Below are positions 7,812 through 17,721 of a stretch of DNA of 64,000 bases, in pieces (position 1 is the stretch's first letter; each line of letters starts with the position of its first letter). Where the stretch lies: IMG/VR virus record IMGVR_UViG_3300044513_002407; one strand, 5' to 3'. The notes below the pieces were generated by a model, which searched no databases, had not been told where the DNA came from, and was given only the letters and a program-made list of their open reading frames with translations. The stretch is from an uncultured virus (IMG/VR IMGVR_UViG_3300044513_002407). Its lineage: Duplodnaviria > Heunggongvirae > Uroviricota > Caudoviricetes. The position numbers and the translations under genes are program-made.

Positions 7812-9528
7812 TGATCTGTACGGGTTTGGAGAAGTTCTTGACCTTCTTGAACTGTATCACATTATCGAACTTATCGTGCAGGATGTCCTGCTTGTGTGAG
7901 ATAACGAACACATTGTTACCCTCCGTAATGTTCCGAAGGATGTTGATAAAGTCAGCAGTGCCGTTACTATCTAGCGAACTGTCAAAAACTTCGTCCAAAA
8001 TAAGAAGGTTGGTATTGACCGAGTTCTTCAGTTTGGCAACCTCTCTCCAAGTGAACAGCAGTGCCAGATCGATCCTCATCTTCTCACCCTCAGAGAAAGA
8101 AGCGTAAGAAAACTCATCTCTGAATCTGGACTTGATCGTTTCATTAAAAGTATCGTCAAGATTAAAATTCACATAGAACTCAAGTTCTTGAAGATACTTA
8201 TTGATCAGGGTGTTCATAACAGGAAGATACTTCTTGATGATACTGGACTTGACTCCACCATCTTTAAGAATCTCAGCAACCATCTTAAGTTCAGTTTGCT
8301 TTTTAATCAACTGACGACGTTGCAGTTCCTGGGACTTACCTTGTTCAATCAACGTTTTGATCTTCTCCGTCTCATCAACAATAAGAGAATCATTAGAGTT
8401 GATAGATCCAATCTCCGTCAGAGTTTCAGCAACCCTCTTTTCATTCCATTCTACCTCTTTGAAGCACTCCCTAATTTTAGATTGCACTTCATTGATAGTA
8501 TCAAGAATTTCTTTTCTCTCAGAAAGAACTTTATTGACTTCCTTCTGATCGTTAGAAAGTTTATCAAGTGCTTGCTTGAACTTTTCAATCTTACCAGTCG
8601 TTTCAGTAATCTTGGTCTCTTTAAGATCTTCACTGATCTCTTGATTACAAGTAGGGCAACTAGCGTTGTTGGTAAAGAACTTTTGCTCTTTAGTCAACTC
8701 CTTGATCTTACCACTAAAGGTAATGTCATACTCTCTGAGTTTATTGACCCTAGCATCAATATCAGAATACTTCTCAACCTCTTCGTTTAAATCATCCATT
8801 CTAGACATGTAACTTTCAACTTGTTCTTTCTTAAGTCGAATGTTTTCTTCTAGGACTGAGATGACATTCTCTTTCTCTTCTTTGTTCTGCTCACTCTGAT
8901 CTTTGAGATTCTGAATGTACTTACGTTGTACATCCACTTTCTCTCTCAAGATTGAGACAGCATACTCAAGATCACTAACCTCTTCCTTTGCAATTTTAAC
9001 TCTCTCTTTCAGAATCACATTCATAGTAGAAAAGATTCTGATGTCAAGGATGTCTTCGATGACTTCCCTTCGACCAGCAGCAGGTAACTGCATGAAAGGA
9101 ACAAAAGTAGAAGAACCAAGAACAACAATCTGAGTAAATGATTTATAGTTGAGTTTCAAAACATTTTGCTCTAACCATTTCTGCTGATCAACAGCAGCTG
9201 CAGTTTGATCTAGGATACTATCGTTCTTATAGATTTCAAAGATGGTGGGTTTCATGCCACGAACAACTTTCCAGTTGATGCTACCAATTTGAAATTCTAT
9301 CTCAACTTTACAATCTCCATGATTGATTGTATTGACAAGTTGAGGTTTATTAATCTTTCGAAATGGTTTGTTGAAAAGACCAAAGCAGAGAGCATCCAGA
9401 ATAGTGGATTTGCCTGCTCCGTTTTCTCCAACGATGAGTGTCTTTTGATGAGTTGTTAAATCAATTTCAGTAAAGTTATTTCCTGTACTCAGGAAATTTT
9501 TCCATTTAATAGTTTTAAATTCAATCAT
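7798..9528 (-). CDS. g46: Recombination endonuclease ATPase subunit (Rad50-like)
   Basis: WKNFLSTGN, GENGAGKST, CPTC zinc hook, FSEGEKMRIDLAL, LILDEVFDSSLD. Confidence 0.97.
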   Translation of the reverse strand: MIEFKTIKWKNFLSTGNNFTEIDLTTHQKTLIVGENGAGKSTILDALCFGLFNKPFRKINKPQLVNTINHGDCKVEIEFQIGSINWKVVRGMKPTIFEIYKNDSILDQTAAAVDQQKWLEQNVLKLNYKSFTQIVVLGSSTFVPFMQLPAAGRREVIEDILDIRIFSTMNVILKERVKIAKEEVSDLEYAVSILREKVDVQRKYIQNLKDQSEQNKEEKENVISVLEENIRLKKEQVESYMSRMDDLNEEVEKYSDIDARVNKLREYDITFSGKIKELTKEQKFFTNNASCPTCNQEISEDLKETKITETTGKIEKFKQALDKLSNDQKEVNKVLSERKEILDTINEVQSKIRECFKEVEWNEKRVAETLTEIGSINSNDSLIVDETEKIKTLIEQGKSQELQRRQLIKKQTELKMVAEILKDGGVKSSIIKKYLPVMNTLINKYLQELEFYVNFNLDDTFNETIKSRFRDEFSYASFSEGEKMRIDLALLFTWREVAKLKNSVNTNLLILDEVFDSSLDSNGTADFINILRNITEGNNVFVISHKQDILHDKFDNVIQFKKVKNFSKPVQINEST

Positions 9529-9781
9529 CTACTTTGGGGGGAAATAAAATGTCATCAGGGGTGACTATGCAATATGCATAACCATGTTCTTCGCAAATCT
9601 CAATTGCTAAATCATCATCGACTTCAATTACAGTCATCTCAGGATAGTCATCTGCGAACAAAAGTTCAGAGTGCCTTTCAGCATCTTCCTCGTCTAGAAA
9701 AAGATACAGAACGTTAGTGTCCCCCACTTGGGGGGCATATGCTCCTTCGTTTTCTTTACCTTTAACTGTTAACAGATACAT
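9521..9781 (-). CDS. Conserved cyanophage hypothetical protein
   Basis: 86 aa between g47 and g46 with coupled junctions; EGAYA..VLYLF..EEDAER motif. Confidence 0.8.
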   Translation of the reverse strand: MYLLTVKGKENEGAYAPQVGDTNVLYLFLDEEDAERHSELLFADDYPEMTVIEVDDDLAIEICEEHGYAYCIVTPDDILFPPKVDD

Positions 9782-10821
9782 TATTCTACTTGAAGAGATT
9801 CAACGTATATTGAATTTATAATGTTTTTGAGATTGTCTTTTTCTTCGTAGTCAATTTCATCGATGTACTTTTCAAGGAATGAAAGAGTACCTTCAACTTC
9901 GATATCACCATTGGTTTGAATTTCCTCATGAGTATTGTCAATGATTTTTAATTCATGAATACCCACCTGATAGAGGCGTTCAACAAACATATCAAAGTCA
10001 TAGTAGTTCTTTTTCTTTTCTACAATCAACTTGATAAACTTGTCCTTGTAACGCTCTCCGCTGATCATAGCATAGTTTGTGGTCTCATCATTGTAGAAGA
10101 TCTTCTCAAACATGTTGATTGGATTCTTAATGAATTGAAAATTAGTACTCTCAGTATCAAAAATATGAAACCCACGAACATCACCGTAATCATTCCAATA
10201 CATCTGATATGGATTACCTAGGTAATAAATGTTATCAGAGTTTGATCTATGATGGAAGTGACCAGAGAATACTTTTTTAAACTTGGAGAATACATCTCGA
10301 CTCATACCATGATCCATGTAGTATCCAACGTGTGCCTCAAACCCAGACAACTCAAGATGACCCATTGCAATTTTTGCTTTGGTGTTTGAGATCTCTTCAA
10401 AGGTTTCGGTCTCGTTCTCAACGCAAATCCAAGGAACAAAACAGATGTCTAGACCACCAACGTTAAGCGTCTGTGGATTAGTAATCTGAACAATATTAGG
10501 ATACTCAGTCAATAACAGTTTAACTGCATTCAGGTCTAGAGTATTCTTATAGTAGGAAGTGTGGTTACCAACCACTGTGTATACAGCACAACCACGGTCA
10601 GCAAGTTTGCTGTAGTAGTTTTCCTTTGCCCAATCCAAGGACCAAAAATCAATTGACTTACGATTGTCAAAAGTATCCCCAAGATCAATGACAGTATCGA
10701 TCTTATATTTGTCTATGGTTGGAAAGAAGACCTCATCATAAAATCTCTTCATGTAATCATGAAAGATCTGACTACCCTTCCTCATGCCGAAGTGCTGGTC
10801 AGTGATAATCGCAACCTTCAT
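9781..10821 (-). CDS. g47: Recombination endonuclease nuclease subunit (Mre11-like)
   Basis: ITDQHFG, LGDTFDNRK, VGNH, GHLE, SGHFH metallophosphoesterase motifs. Confidence 0.97.
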   Translation of the reverse strand: MKVAIITDQHFGMRKGSQIFHDYMKRFYDEVFFPTIDKYKIDTVIDLGDTFDNRKSIDFWSLDWAKENYYSKLADRGCAVYTVVGNHTSYYKNTLDLNAVKLLLTEYPNIVQITNPQTLNVGGLDICFVPWICVENETETFEEISNTKAKIAMGHLELSGFEAHVGYYMDHGMSRDVFSKFKKVFSGHFHHRSNSDNIYYLGNPYQMYWNDYGDVRGFHIFDTESTNFQFIKNPINMFEKIFYNDETTNYAMISGERYKDKFIKLIVEKKKNYYDFDMFVERLYQVGIHELKIIDNTHEEIQTNGDIEVEGTLSFLEKYIDEIDYEEKDNLKNIINSIYVESLQVE

Positions 10822-10822
10822 T

Positions 10823-11287
10823 TCAACCCCTCATTTTTTGTTCGAGCGAATTCTTAATGCCGTCGTAATACACATCGTTGCCAAGTTCGTCAGCAGTGAA
10901 TACCTCACTGTACCCTGACTTCTCGATCATCTTTTGTCTGATGTCAACTTGCTTTTTCTCTTTCTGGATTCTACGAAGAAAAGCGTAGTAGATGATCTGA
11001 GTAAAATAAGCGAAAGGGTTCTTTGACTTCTCGGGATCGAAGTTATCAATGTATGTAATGCAGTTTTCGATACCATCGCCAATCATGTCATCCTTGAACA
11101 TGTAGTTGACGAAGTTTGGTTTGTAGGAAAGGTGGGTGGCAATCTTAAGGAAGCACCCCCCGATGTACTCACCCACAGGTGGTTTTGGATCGCCATTTTT
11201 TTGTGCTGCTTCTACTCGGTTCTTATACTGGATAATAGCGTGTAAGAAGTCCTTGTTGTTTACGTAATGTTCTTTTTGTTTTGACAT
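10823..11287 (-). CDS. g55: Late-transcription sigma factor
   Basis: HYVNNKDF, KIATHLSYKPNFVNY, NPFAYFTQIIYYAFLRRIQKEKKQ. Confidence 0.97.
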   Translation of the reverse strand: MSKQKEHYVNNKDFLHAIIQYKNRVEAAQKNGDPKPPVGEYIGGCFLKIATHLSYKPNFVNYMFKDDMIGDGIENCITYIDNFDPEKSKNPFAYFTQIIYYAFLRRIQKEKKQVDIRQKMIEKSGYSEVFTADELGNDVYYDGIKNSLEQKMRG

Positions 11288-11312
11288 TGAAACTAAATTG
11301 TCTTCTCATGAC

Positions 11313-11341
11313 ATTGTAGCACATAAAGGGGGGCTTGACAA
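11313..11341 (-). promoter_or_regulatory. Sigma70-type promoter for g55
   Basis: TTGTCA-N17-TACAAT on minus strand. Confidence 0.7.
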
Positions 11342-11363
11342 GACCCCCGTATCTGTGTATAAT
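11335..11363 (+). promoter_or_regulatory. Consensus sigma70 promoter facing antisense to the uvsW operon
   Basis: TTGACA-N17-TATAAT on plus strand, no plus-strand gene downstream. Confidence 0.75.
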
Positions 11364-11397
11364 AACTGGGTCAACAGTTCAGAGAAGCTTTAAGTAC

Positions 11398-11835
11398 TTA
11401 AGATTCTTTATTATCTTTGATATCTTCTAAGAATACTTTCTCTAGTAACTCTCTAGCATCATCTATAGAGGATATCAAACCCATATCATTGTCTAATGGA
11501 ATATGACCTCTAACTCTCTTTCTAGGAGTATGGGGTCTTTTTTTATTGTTAATGTTATCTAGTTTATCAAGACCTGATCTATAAAAGTTTATTACATGAG
11601 TTGGAACTTCAGTAATAGTTACTAGATCTTCACCTGAAATAGTGAATTGAGATCGATGAGACACTTTCATCCATGCTTTAAGTTTCATACCCTGAATTAC
11701 TCCAGGGATATCAATCTCTTCTACCTCTATTGGGTTTTCTATTACAAGAGTATCAGTTTCAGGATTGGCGTTTTTTACATAGCATAAGATTTCTTCTCCA
11801 GTTTTAAATTTGATACTTGCGTAAAATGGTCCCAT
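11398..11835 (-). CDS. Conserved cyanophage hypothetical protein between uvsW and g55
   Basis: FYASIKFKTGEEI, NPIEV, KLKAWMK, MGLISSIDDAR.LLEKVF. Confidence 0.8.
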   Translation of the reverse strand: MGPFYASIKFKTGEEILCYVKNANPETDTLVIENPIEVEEIDIPGVIQGMKLKAWMKVSHRSQFTISGEDLVTITEVPTHVINFYRSGLDKLDNINNKKRPHTPRKRVRGHIPLDNDMGLISSIDDARELLEKVFLEDIKDNKES

Positions 11836-11837
11836 AC

Positions 11838-13304
11838 TTAGTTCTTTAATTTAACGTTGATTATCTCATAATCAAAATTCTCTTGATTATAGATCTTTAC
11901 TCTTTCAAAAAGATGGCGCAAAGTATAGTTTGGATTATTTGAATCTTTTGATGTGTCATCAGCAATGTCATAAAGAACTGCTGTATTTTTGTTTTCTCCT
12001 TTCCTTAATACCCTACCAATTGACTGGAGGTTTCTTACCCTGGATTTTGAAGGGGAAGCAAAAATAATATTGTGTAAGTTCTTAATGTTAATGCCTGTGG
12101 AAAAAGTACCGTAACTAGCGATGATGATTGCGTTGGACTCCTGCTCAGTAATTGCTCGGATTTCCTCTCGGTCCTTTACATCAATCCCACCGTGTACGAA
12201 GAATACTTTTCTTCCATCCTTTGCACTATTATTTATTAATTCATATAGTGGTTCACCATGGCGTTCAACATAGTTGAATAGTACCAAGGTGTTACCCGAA
12301 AGATCTAATGAAAGATTTTTGATAAAGTTGTTCCTTCTAGGATGTGAGACCAAATAATCAATCTCTTCATGATAACTGTCAAACTTGACATGGTTATGCC
12401 TCAGTGATATAATCTTGATCTTTAATCTAGAAAGATGCCCTTGTTTAATTAGCTCATTTGTGTTTGTAATCTTTTCGTGAGGACCGAACAAACCCTCTAG
12501 GACAAGTTTATTTGTCTTGCTACCATCTAGGGTTCCAGTAAATCCAACACGATACTTGGCATGATGTAGTTTGGTAAGAATATCTGTCAAGGACTTTGCC
12601 TTAAAAAGATGCGCCTCGTCTCCGATAACAGCACTGAAACATTCGAAATACTTCCTTTGCTGCTTATAGATTGACTGCCATGTAGTAATAGTTACTGGTT
12701 TTGGAGATACTTTCTCATGACCAGCATATACTTTATGACAAAACTCTTCGGCATCCCAACTATAAGATTCAAAATCCTTGTACATTTGTTCGACAAGGGA
12801 GGTGGTTGGAACCACAATCAAAATCTTCTGACCAGTTTCTTGAAGAAAACGGACAATAGAATAGATCATGAAGGACTTACCTGATCCTGTCGGAGATACG
12901 ATCAGTTTCCTTCTCTTTCTCAGTGCTTCGTAAATTGCTTTGTATTGATAGTCCCTTGCCTTAATAGGTGAGAAACGTTTAGTAAATGATTTTACTCCAT
13001 CAAAAGATACCAACTCATCTTCGGCATTGGGCATACCAAAGAAGTCGTTGTCTGCATATTCAAAACTATACTGACGCTCTTGACAGAACTGTTCAATATA
13101 CTCTCTCAACCCAGCATAGATTTCTCCTGTGCCAGGTGAGAATAATCTGATCTTTCCATCCCAATACTTCTGTCTGTAGGCAGGCATGAACTTTGCCCCC
13201 TCTACTTCAAAAGTAAAGTGATCAGATAACTCGTATGAAATATGGGGTGGTGTCTTTAGTTGAAGGTATACTTCATTTTTCTTTCGGATAATAACGTCAC
13301 TCAT
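11838..13304 (-). CDS. uvsW: RNA-DNA/DNA helicase UvsW
   Basis: WDGKIRLF, SPTGSGKS, DEAH, GFTGTLDG, LQSIGRVLR. Confidence 0.96.
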   Translation of the reverse strand: MSDVIIRKKNEVYLQLKTPPHISYELSDHFTFEVEGAKFMPAYRQKYWDGKIRLFSPGTGEIYAGLREYIEQFCQERQYSFEYADNDFFGMPNAEDELVSFDGVKSFTKRFSPIKARDYQYKAIYEALRKRRKLIVSPTGSGKSFMIYSIVRFLQETGQKILIVVPTTSLVEQMYKDFESYSWDAEEFCHKVYAGHEKVSPKPVTITTWQSIYKQQRKYFECFSAVIGDEAHLFKAKSLTDILTKLHHAKYRVGFTGTLDGSKTNKLVLEGLFGPHEKITNTNELIKQGHLSRLKIKIISLRHNHVKFDSYHEEIDYLVSHPRRNNFIKNLSLDLSGNTLVLFNYVERHGEPLYELINNSAKDGRKVFFVHGGIDVKDREEIRAITEQESNAIIIASYGTFSTGINIKNLHNIIFASPSKSRVRNLQSIGRVLRKGENKNTAVLYDIADDTSKDSNNPNYTLRHLFERVKIYNQENFDYEIINVKLKN

Positions 13305-13710
13305 CTATACCTCTAGAATATCTTAACCAATCAATCGCATTTTTAATTTGAAAAGAACGATTGTTAATATTATTTAGAATCTCTTTTACAGTGCTCTCTA
13401 ACTTCTCATACAGATCTACCATTGCCCTTAATCTGATAATCTCATCATCGGCATTGATGTAGATTTGAACTTCGGTCTTCATGATCTTTTCATCAGGGGC
13501 ATCCTCTTCCCTGCCCATATAATAACTATACTTCTGTTTGTATATTCTGTTGTACTCGTATTCTTTTTCTTTTTTCAGTAGTTGAATTCTCAAATACTTG
13601 TCAATCCATTTAGAGTGAAGAATTGGAATGTTTCTTGCTGCTTCAAATAGGTCATCGCCCATATCAGCATCTATTCTCCACTCATCAATAATCTGATTTT
13701 GTAAACTCAT
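13297..13710 (-). CDS. uvsY: Recombination mediator UvsY
   Basis: W..D, IP.LHSKW, YY.G, YINAD, RSFQIKNAIDW. Confidence 0.92.
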   Translation of the reverse strand: MSLQNQIIDEWRIDADMGDDLFEAARNIPILHSKWIDKYLRIQLLKKEKEYEYNRIYKQKYSYYMGREEDAPDEKIMKTEVQIYINADDEIIRLRAMVDLYEKLESTVKEILNNINNRSFQIKNAIDWLRYSRGIDE

Positions 13711-14261
13711 AATGTCAGTTGTTTGTCGTTTTTATCTAAAAGTTTAAAGTACGTGTACTTGAACGTGATAGTCGCTCTTAAATACTCAATGTCGGTAACC
13801 TCAGTTGAGTATTCCATAGGAGTCAAACTTACAGGAAACGCATTATAAAAATGAGCTTTGGTTGAAATATTGAAATTACTATTTAAAATGTGCAAATCAA
13901 TATCTACTTGATCTAAAAATTCATCAGATGATTTATCAATTTGATAATTTTTATCCTTCATCTCTTTAGCAAAATCTCTCCACTGAGTAGATTTCTGAGG
14001 ATATGTCATACCAACCATCCAGTTGTGAATTAATGAATAGTTAGTACATGATTCATCAACTAAAAAAGTAACAGAAAGATCATCATAATTTAATTTGTCA
14101 CCTGCCAGTTGAAAGTCATTGTATGGGGTTGCCTGCATAGGACCACCCATGCTGACACCAGGAAGATTTACACTGGTGCATTGAAATCCAATACTTTCAA
14201 ATCCAGGTATTACTAATTTAAATCCCGATGGGGACAAAAAGTTTTCGTTACAGAGGGTCAT
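13707..14261 (-). CDS. g3: Tail completion / sheath stabiliser (gp3-like)
   Basis: NFLSPSGFK, VNLPGVSMG, GDKLNYDDLSVTFLVDE..NY..IHNWM, FPVSL, ATITFKY. Confidence 0.9.
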   Translation of the reverse strand: MTLCNENFLSPSGFKLVIPGFESIGFQCTSVNLPGVSMGGPMQATPYNDFQLAGDKLNYDDLSVTFLVDESCTNYSLIHNWMVGMTYPQKSTQWRDFAKEMKDKNYQIDKSSDEFLDQVDIDLHILNSNFNISTKAHFYNAFPVSLTPMEYSTEVTDIEYLRATITFKYTYFKLLDKNDKQLTL

Positions 14262-14282
14262 TGATAGAATCCTTCACGTTTA

Positions 14283-14290
14283 TATTTATA
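14283..14290 (-). promoter_or_regulatory. T4-type late promoter upstream of g3
   Basis: TATAAATA. Confidence 0.8.
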
Positions 14291-14295
14291 GGCAT

Positions 14296-14320
14296 AAAAA
14301 AAGGACCCCCGAAGGGGTCC
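14296..14320 (-). terminator. Intrinsic terminator after g23
   Basis: GGACCCC-TTCG-GGGGTCC-TTTTTTT (cUUCGg tetraloop). Confidence 0.93.
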
Positions 14321-14337
14321 AGTAAAATGTGAATGGA

Positions 14338-15771
14338 TCACATGAGGTTTGCAACAGAAACTCTTCTGTAGTATGCGTTTGCACCCAGATTGGTCAATCC
14401 CAGAGGATCGCTATCGGTGAGTTGGGTAGCACCCTTAGCGAATGGGTTCAGGACCATGCCATAGCGGGTCTTGAATCCGATACGTGGCTGGAAGTCATCC
14501 TGACCAACGCTACGTACCATCTGCAGAGGTACATATGGGCAATAGAACAGACCAGCATCATAAGGGGAAGTACCCTTATAACCGATGACGTAGTACTGGT
14601 TACCCGACTGACCCGAACCTGCAACGCCACCACGGGTGATGGTTGCATATGGGTCGATATAAACTCTGTAACGACCGTTCAGAACACCAGCGAAGGTGTT
14701 ACCAGTTTCGTCAACTGCGAGACGGTTGTTGCCTTCCAGAGCAGGGGTGTAATCAAGTACGCCTGCCATTGCCAGTGCCGAAGCAACGTCAGCAGAGCAC
14801 ATGATCATGTTGCCCTTTCCTCTACGAGTTTCGCGTGCGATTGCGTTCGCATCACGCTCGATTTGGAACAGAAGACCCTTGAACTTCTCAACAGACCAAC
14901 GACCATTGGAGTCAACGTCCAGGTCGAAAGTACCAGCGGTAGCGGTGTCATGCTGAGCACCTGCCTTAGCGGACTTATAGATGGTACGAACAACCTCACG
15001 GTTGATCTCAGCAAGGATCTCAGAGGACAGAATGTTTGCCAGCTCTGACTCAGCATCAAGACCATGAATAGCACGAAGGTCTTGTGCGAGTTCGATGCTG
15101 TACTCTGCCTTCAGAGCACGTGACTTAGCGGTGACAGCAATCTTCTCGATGCTGAAACCCATTTCACGGAAGTCAGGAGTAGTGCCATCGCTGTCCAGAG
15201 CTTCCGAAACTTGGGTGCCCATTGCGGTGTCAGCACCGTACTGTGTCTGACCGCCACCAGCGTCGTTAAGAACAGCAGGGTTGTCACCAGTGTTAGCAAT
15301 AGTAGCACCAACGACCGTGCCAGCAGCACCCGATTGACCTGTCTTAACTTCGTTGAAGAAGGTCTCGTTAGCGTCGCCGCCAGTTTGACCGTCGTACTTA
15401 GCACGCATTGCGAAGATCAGTCCAGTAGGACCGCTCATTGGTTGAACGCCAGCGAGGTCATAAGCGACCAGGTTTGGCATTGAGCGTCTGATCAGCGAGA
15501 TCAGAACGGGGTCGAAACCAGCGACAGGACCAGTTGCAGTTGCATCAGAACTGAAACCAGCGTTGCCAGCACCAGCAAGAACATTTGAACCAGTGCTCAT
15601 CGTAGGAAGTGCTTCAGACAGAATCTGACGCTCCTCACGAATTACACGCTCTTGGTTTTCAAGCAGGACAGAAGTGACAGCTCTCTTGTAGTTATCTTCA
15701 ATCTTAGGAAGATCACCGTGCTCAAGAACAGGTGCCCACTTCTCCTGGAGTTGTTGGGACATGCCTAACAT
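14338..15771 (-). CDS. g23: Major capsid protein
   Basis: LQEKWAPVL, FDPVLISLIRRSMPNL, GVQPMSGPTGLIFAMR, SRALKAEYSIELAQDL, YCPYVPLQM. Confidence 0.99.
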   Translation of the reverse strand: MLGMSQQLQEKWAPVLEHGDLPKIEDNYKRAVTSVLLENQERVIREERQILSEALPTMSTGSNVLAGAGNAGFSSDATATGPVAGFDPVLISLIRRSMPNLVAYDLAGVQPMSGPTGLIFAMRAKYDGQTGGDANETFFNEVKTGQSGAAGTVVGATIANTGDNPAVLNDAGGGQTQYGADTAMGTQVSEALDSDGTTPDFREMGFSIEKIAVTAKSRALKAEYSIELAQDLRAIHGLDAESELANILSSEILAEINREVVRTIYKSAKAGAQHDTATAGTFDLDVDSNGRWSVEKFKGLLFQIERDANAIARETRRGKGNMIMCSADVASALAMAGVLDYTPALEGNNRLAVDETGNTFAGVLNGRYRVYIDPYATITRGGVAGSGQSGNQYYVIGYKGTSPYDAGLFYCPYVPLQMVRSVGQDDFQPRIGFKTRYGMVLNPFAKGATQLTDSDPLGLTNLGANAYYRRVSVANLM

Positions 15772-15809
15772 TTGTTTTTCTCCTTAAAAAGTAGTAGTAG
15801 GTTTAATGA

Positions 15810-16838
15810 TTATTTCCAACGGGAAATTGCCTGTACATAGGCAGCCATTGGACCCTCAGCGGGGGATGCAACTTCACCAGTTGCAATGTCTTCCTTCAGT
15901 TCAACCTTTGCTTTAGGGAAATAATTTTCCTTGATAGTTTCCAGTTTGGACTTAAAGGACTCTTCGGATTCAAACTCAACGCCTTCTGCAAGAGAAGCAA
16001 GCTTCTCTGCTTGGGTTTGAGCAAGACCCTTAGAAACTTCAGCAACAACCGATTCCTTTACAAAGGTCTTGATTGTGCCATTGAGTGACATGTTTGTTTC
16101 AATCTGCTCATTGAGCTTCTCTTCCATCTCATCTAGTTTGCTTGTCATCTCTTCGAGAACATCATATTTATCTTCAGGGAGTTCTACATTATTTTCTTCA
16201 AAAAGTGCCTTCATGCCAGACATGAAGGATTCTGCCATTTCAAGTTTGATGCCGTTGTGGAGTTCGATTTCATTCTCTTTCTTCCACTCTTCGGCAACAT
16301 AAGTGAGGAACTTGTCCATCTTCTCAGCAAGTTCTGACTTAACAGTTTCAACTTGCTCAGAAAGACGTGCCTCAAATGCTTCTTCAATCTTCTTGGTCTC
16401 TTCAGCAAGTTTCGACTTGACTGCTGCTTCGAAGATTGTTTTTGTCTTTTCTTTGAACTCTTCAGAGAGTTCTTCGCCAGCGATCAGAGCATTAACATCC
16501 TCTTCAACACTGAACTCAGGAGTTTCGGAAACTACCTCTTCGGTGGTCTCTTCTTCTTCCTTCAGTTTGCCAGGTGCAGCATCGCCAGGTTTTGCATTCT
16601 TGGTAACATGACCATCGCTAACCTTTGATGTGCCCTTGTTGGCAATCTTGGAGGAATCGTTATCCTGCTTGTAATTCTGATTTGTAGGACCGCCGAGGTT
16701 ATCCTTTGCGGTATCTTGAGGAGCAGGAATAGATGCAGCTTCCATGCCGTCTGCCTTTTTGGCACCATCAGTTGGCGCTTTTTCCTCAAGAGTTTCTTCT
16801 ACGAAAGTTTCAAATTTTTGGTCAACTGATGCTGACAT
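15810..16838 (-). CDS. g22: Prohead core scaffold protein
   Basis: Acidic coiled coil, EELSEEFKEKTKTIFEAAV, LETIKENYF, MAAY..AISR. Confidence 0.95.
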   Translation of the reverse strand: MSASVDQKFETFVEETLEEKAPTDGAKKADGMEAASIPAPQDTAKDNLGGPTNQNYKQDNDSSKIANKGTSKVSDGHVTKNAKPGDAAPGKLKEEEETTEEVVSETPEFSVEEDVNALIAGEELSEEFKEKTKTIFEAAVKSKLAEETKKIEEAFEARLSEQVETVKSELAEKMDKFLTYVAEEWKKENEIELHNGIKLEMAESFMSGMKALFEENNVELPEDKYDVLEEMTSKLDEMEEKLNEQIETNMSLNGTIKTFVKESVVAEVSKGLAQTQAEKLASLAEGVEFESEESFKSKLETIKENYFPKAKVELKEDIATGEVASPAEGPMAAYVQAISRWK

Positions 16839-16880
16839 GTGCTATTCTCCTTTTAATATAAATCTGTTATATTCTAAACT

Positions 16881-16888
16881 TATTTATA
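16881..16888 (-). promoter_or_regulatory. Late promoter upstream of g22
   Basis: TATAAATA. Confidence 0.8.
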
Positions 16889-16890
16889 AA

Positions 16891-17535
16891 TTATAATCCT
16901 TTTAAGAATTGTTCAAACGCGGCAACTTTGCGCTCCTGAAGGTTATACAGAGTTGCGTGATCTAATTCTCGCTTCATTTGAGCAATATGCTTTTCCTGAA
17001 GGATTCCATTATCCCATACCCATTCCCTTCCTTCCATAATACCTTCAACGAAAGCATCGGGAGCAGAAGGATCTGCTACAATATCAGCAGCAGTTGCGAG
17101 CATGAAATCATCACGGACATAATTTACGCCGCTCTTCTCTTGAAGTGAACCAACACCTCTAGAAGAAACGCCAAGTTTTACACCTTCATCGATTAATGAT
17201 TTTGCAATCTTACCCATGGGTGTATCAAGAAGTTTTGCCTTACCGATGAAATTAGATCCTTCTTTTTGAAGGGAAATAATTTTGTGTGATACACGGTCAA
17301 GATTTACTGTAGGACCCTCGGGATGACCGAGTTCTCCTAAAGCACGATCCTTAGAAATGTAAGATTCGGTATATCTTTGAACTTCTTTTTCAAGAACGTT
17401 CATTGGATATACACGACCATTTCTGTTTTTAATATCCGATTGGAGAAAGATACCCTCAATGAAGTGATTCTTTTTAGAACCATTCTCTTCAATGAGAAAC
17501 TCTACGCTCTCAATCTGTTCCGTGATCAGTTTCAT
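16891..17535 (-). CDS. g21: Prohead protease
   Basis: MKLITE, NRNGRVYP, ALGELGHP, GVSSRGVGS, DIVADPSAPDAFV. Confidence 0.97.
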   Translation of the reverse strand: MKLITEQIESVEFLIEENGSKKNHFIEGIFLQSDIKNRNGRVYPMNVLEKEVQRYTESYISKDRALGELGHPEGPTVNLDRVSHKIISLQKEGSNFIGKAKLLDTPMGKIAKSLIDEGVKLGVSSRGVGSLQEKSGVNYVRDDFMLATAADIVADPSAPDAFVEGIMEGREWVWDNGILQEKHIAQMKRELDHATLYNLQERKVAAFEQFLKGL

Positions 17536-17707
17536 CTTCTGTTTCTTCGGGTTCGGTTTCTAACTCTTTAAACAAACTTGCACCAACCTTTTCCTTTTCC
17601 AAGGTAAGGATTGATGCTGCTTTATTCATAATGATATCTTTCACGGCATCAGAAGCATCAGCAAGTTGATCCTTCATCACCATGTCAACAATTTTAGTGG
17701 GTTCCAT
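17510..17707 (-). CDS. Small prohead core protein (gp67/68 position)
   Basis: 65 aa between g20 and g21, GAGG RBS and CTAAATA late promoter at 17723-17729. Confidence 0.75.
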   Translation of the reverse strand: MEPTKIVDMVMKDQLADASDAVKDIIMNKAASILTLEKEKVGASLFKELETEPEETEDETDHGTD

Positions 17708-17721
17708 AATTAACCTCGATA

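Noticed and set aside
14329..15048. 239-aa plus-strand ORF opposite g23
   Set aside because: Shadow ORF caused by capsid codon bias
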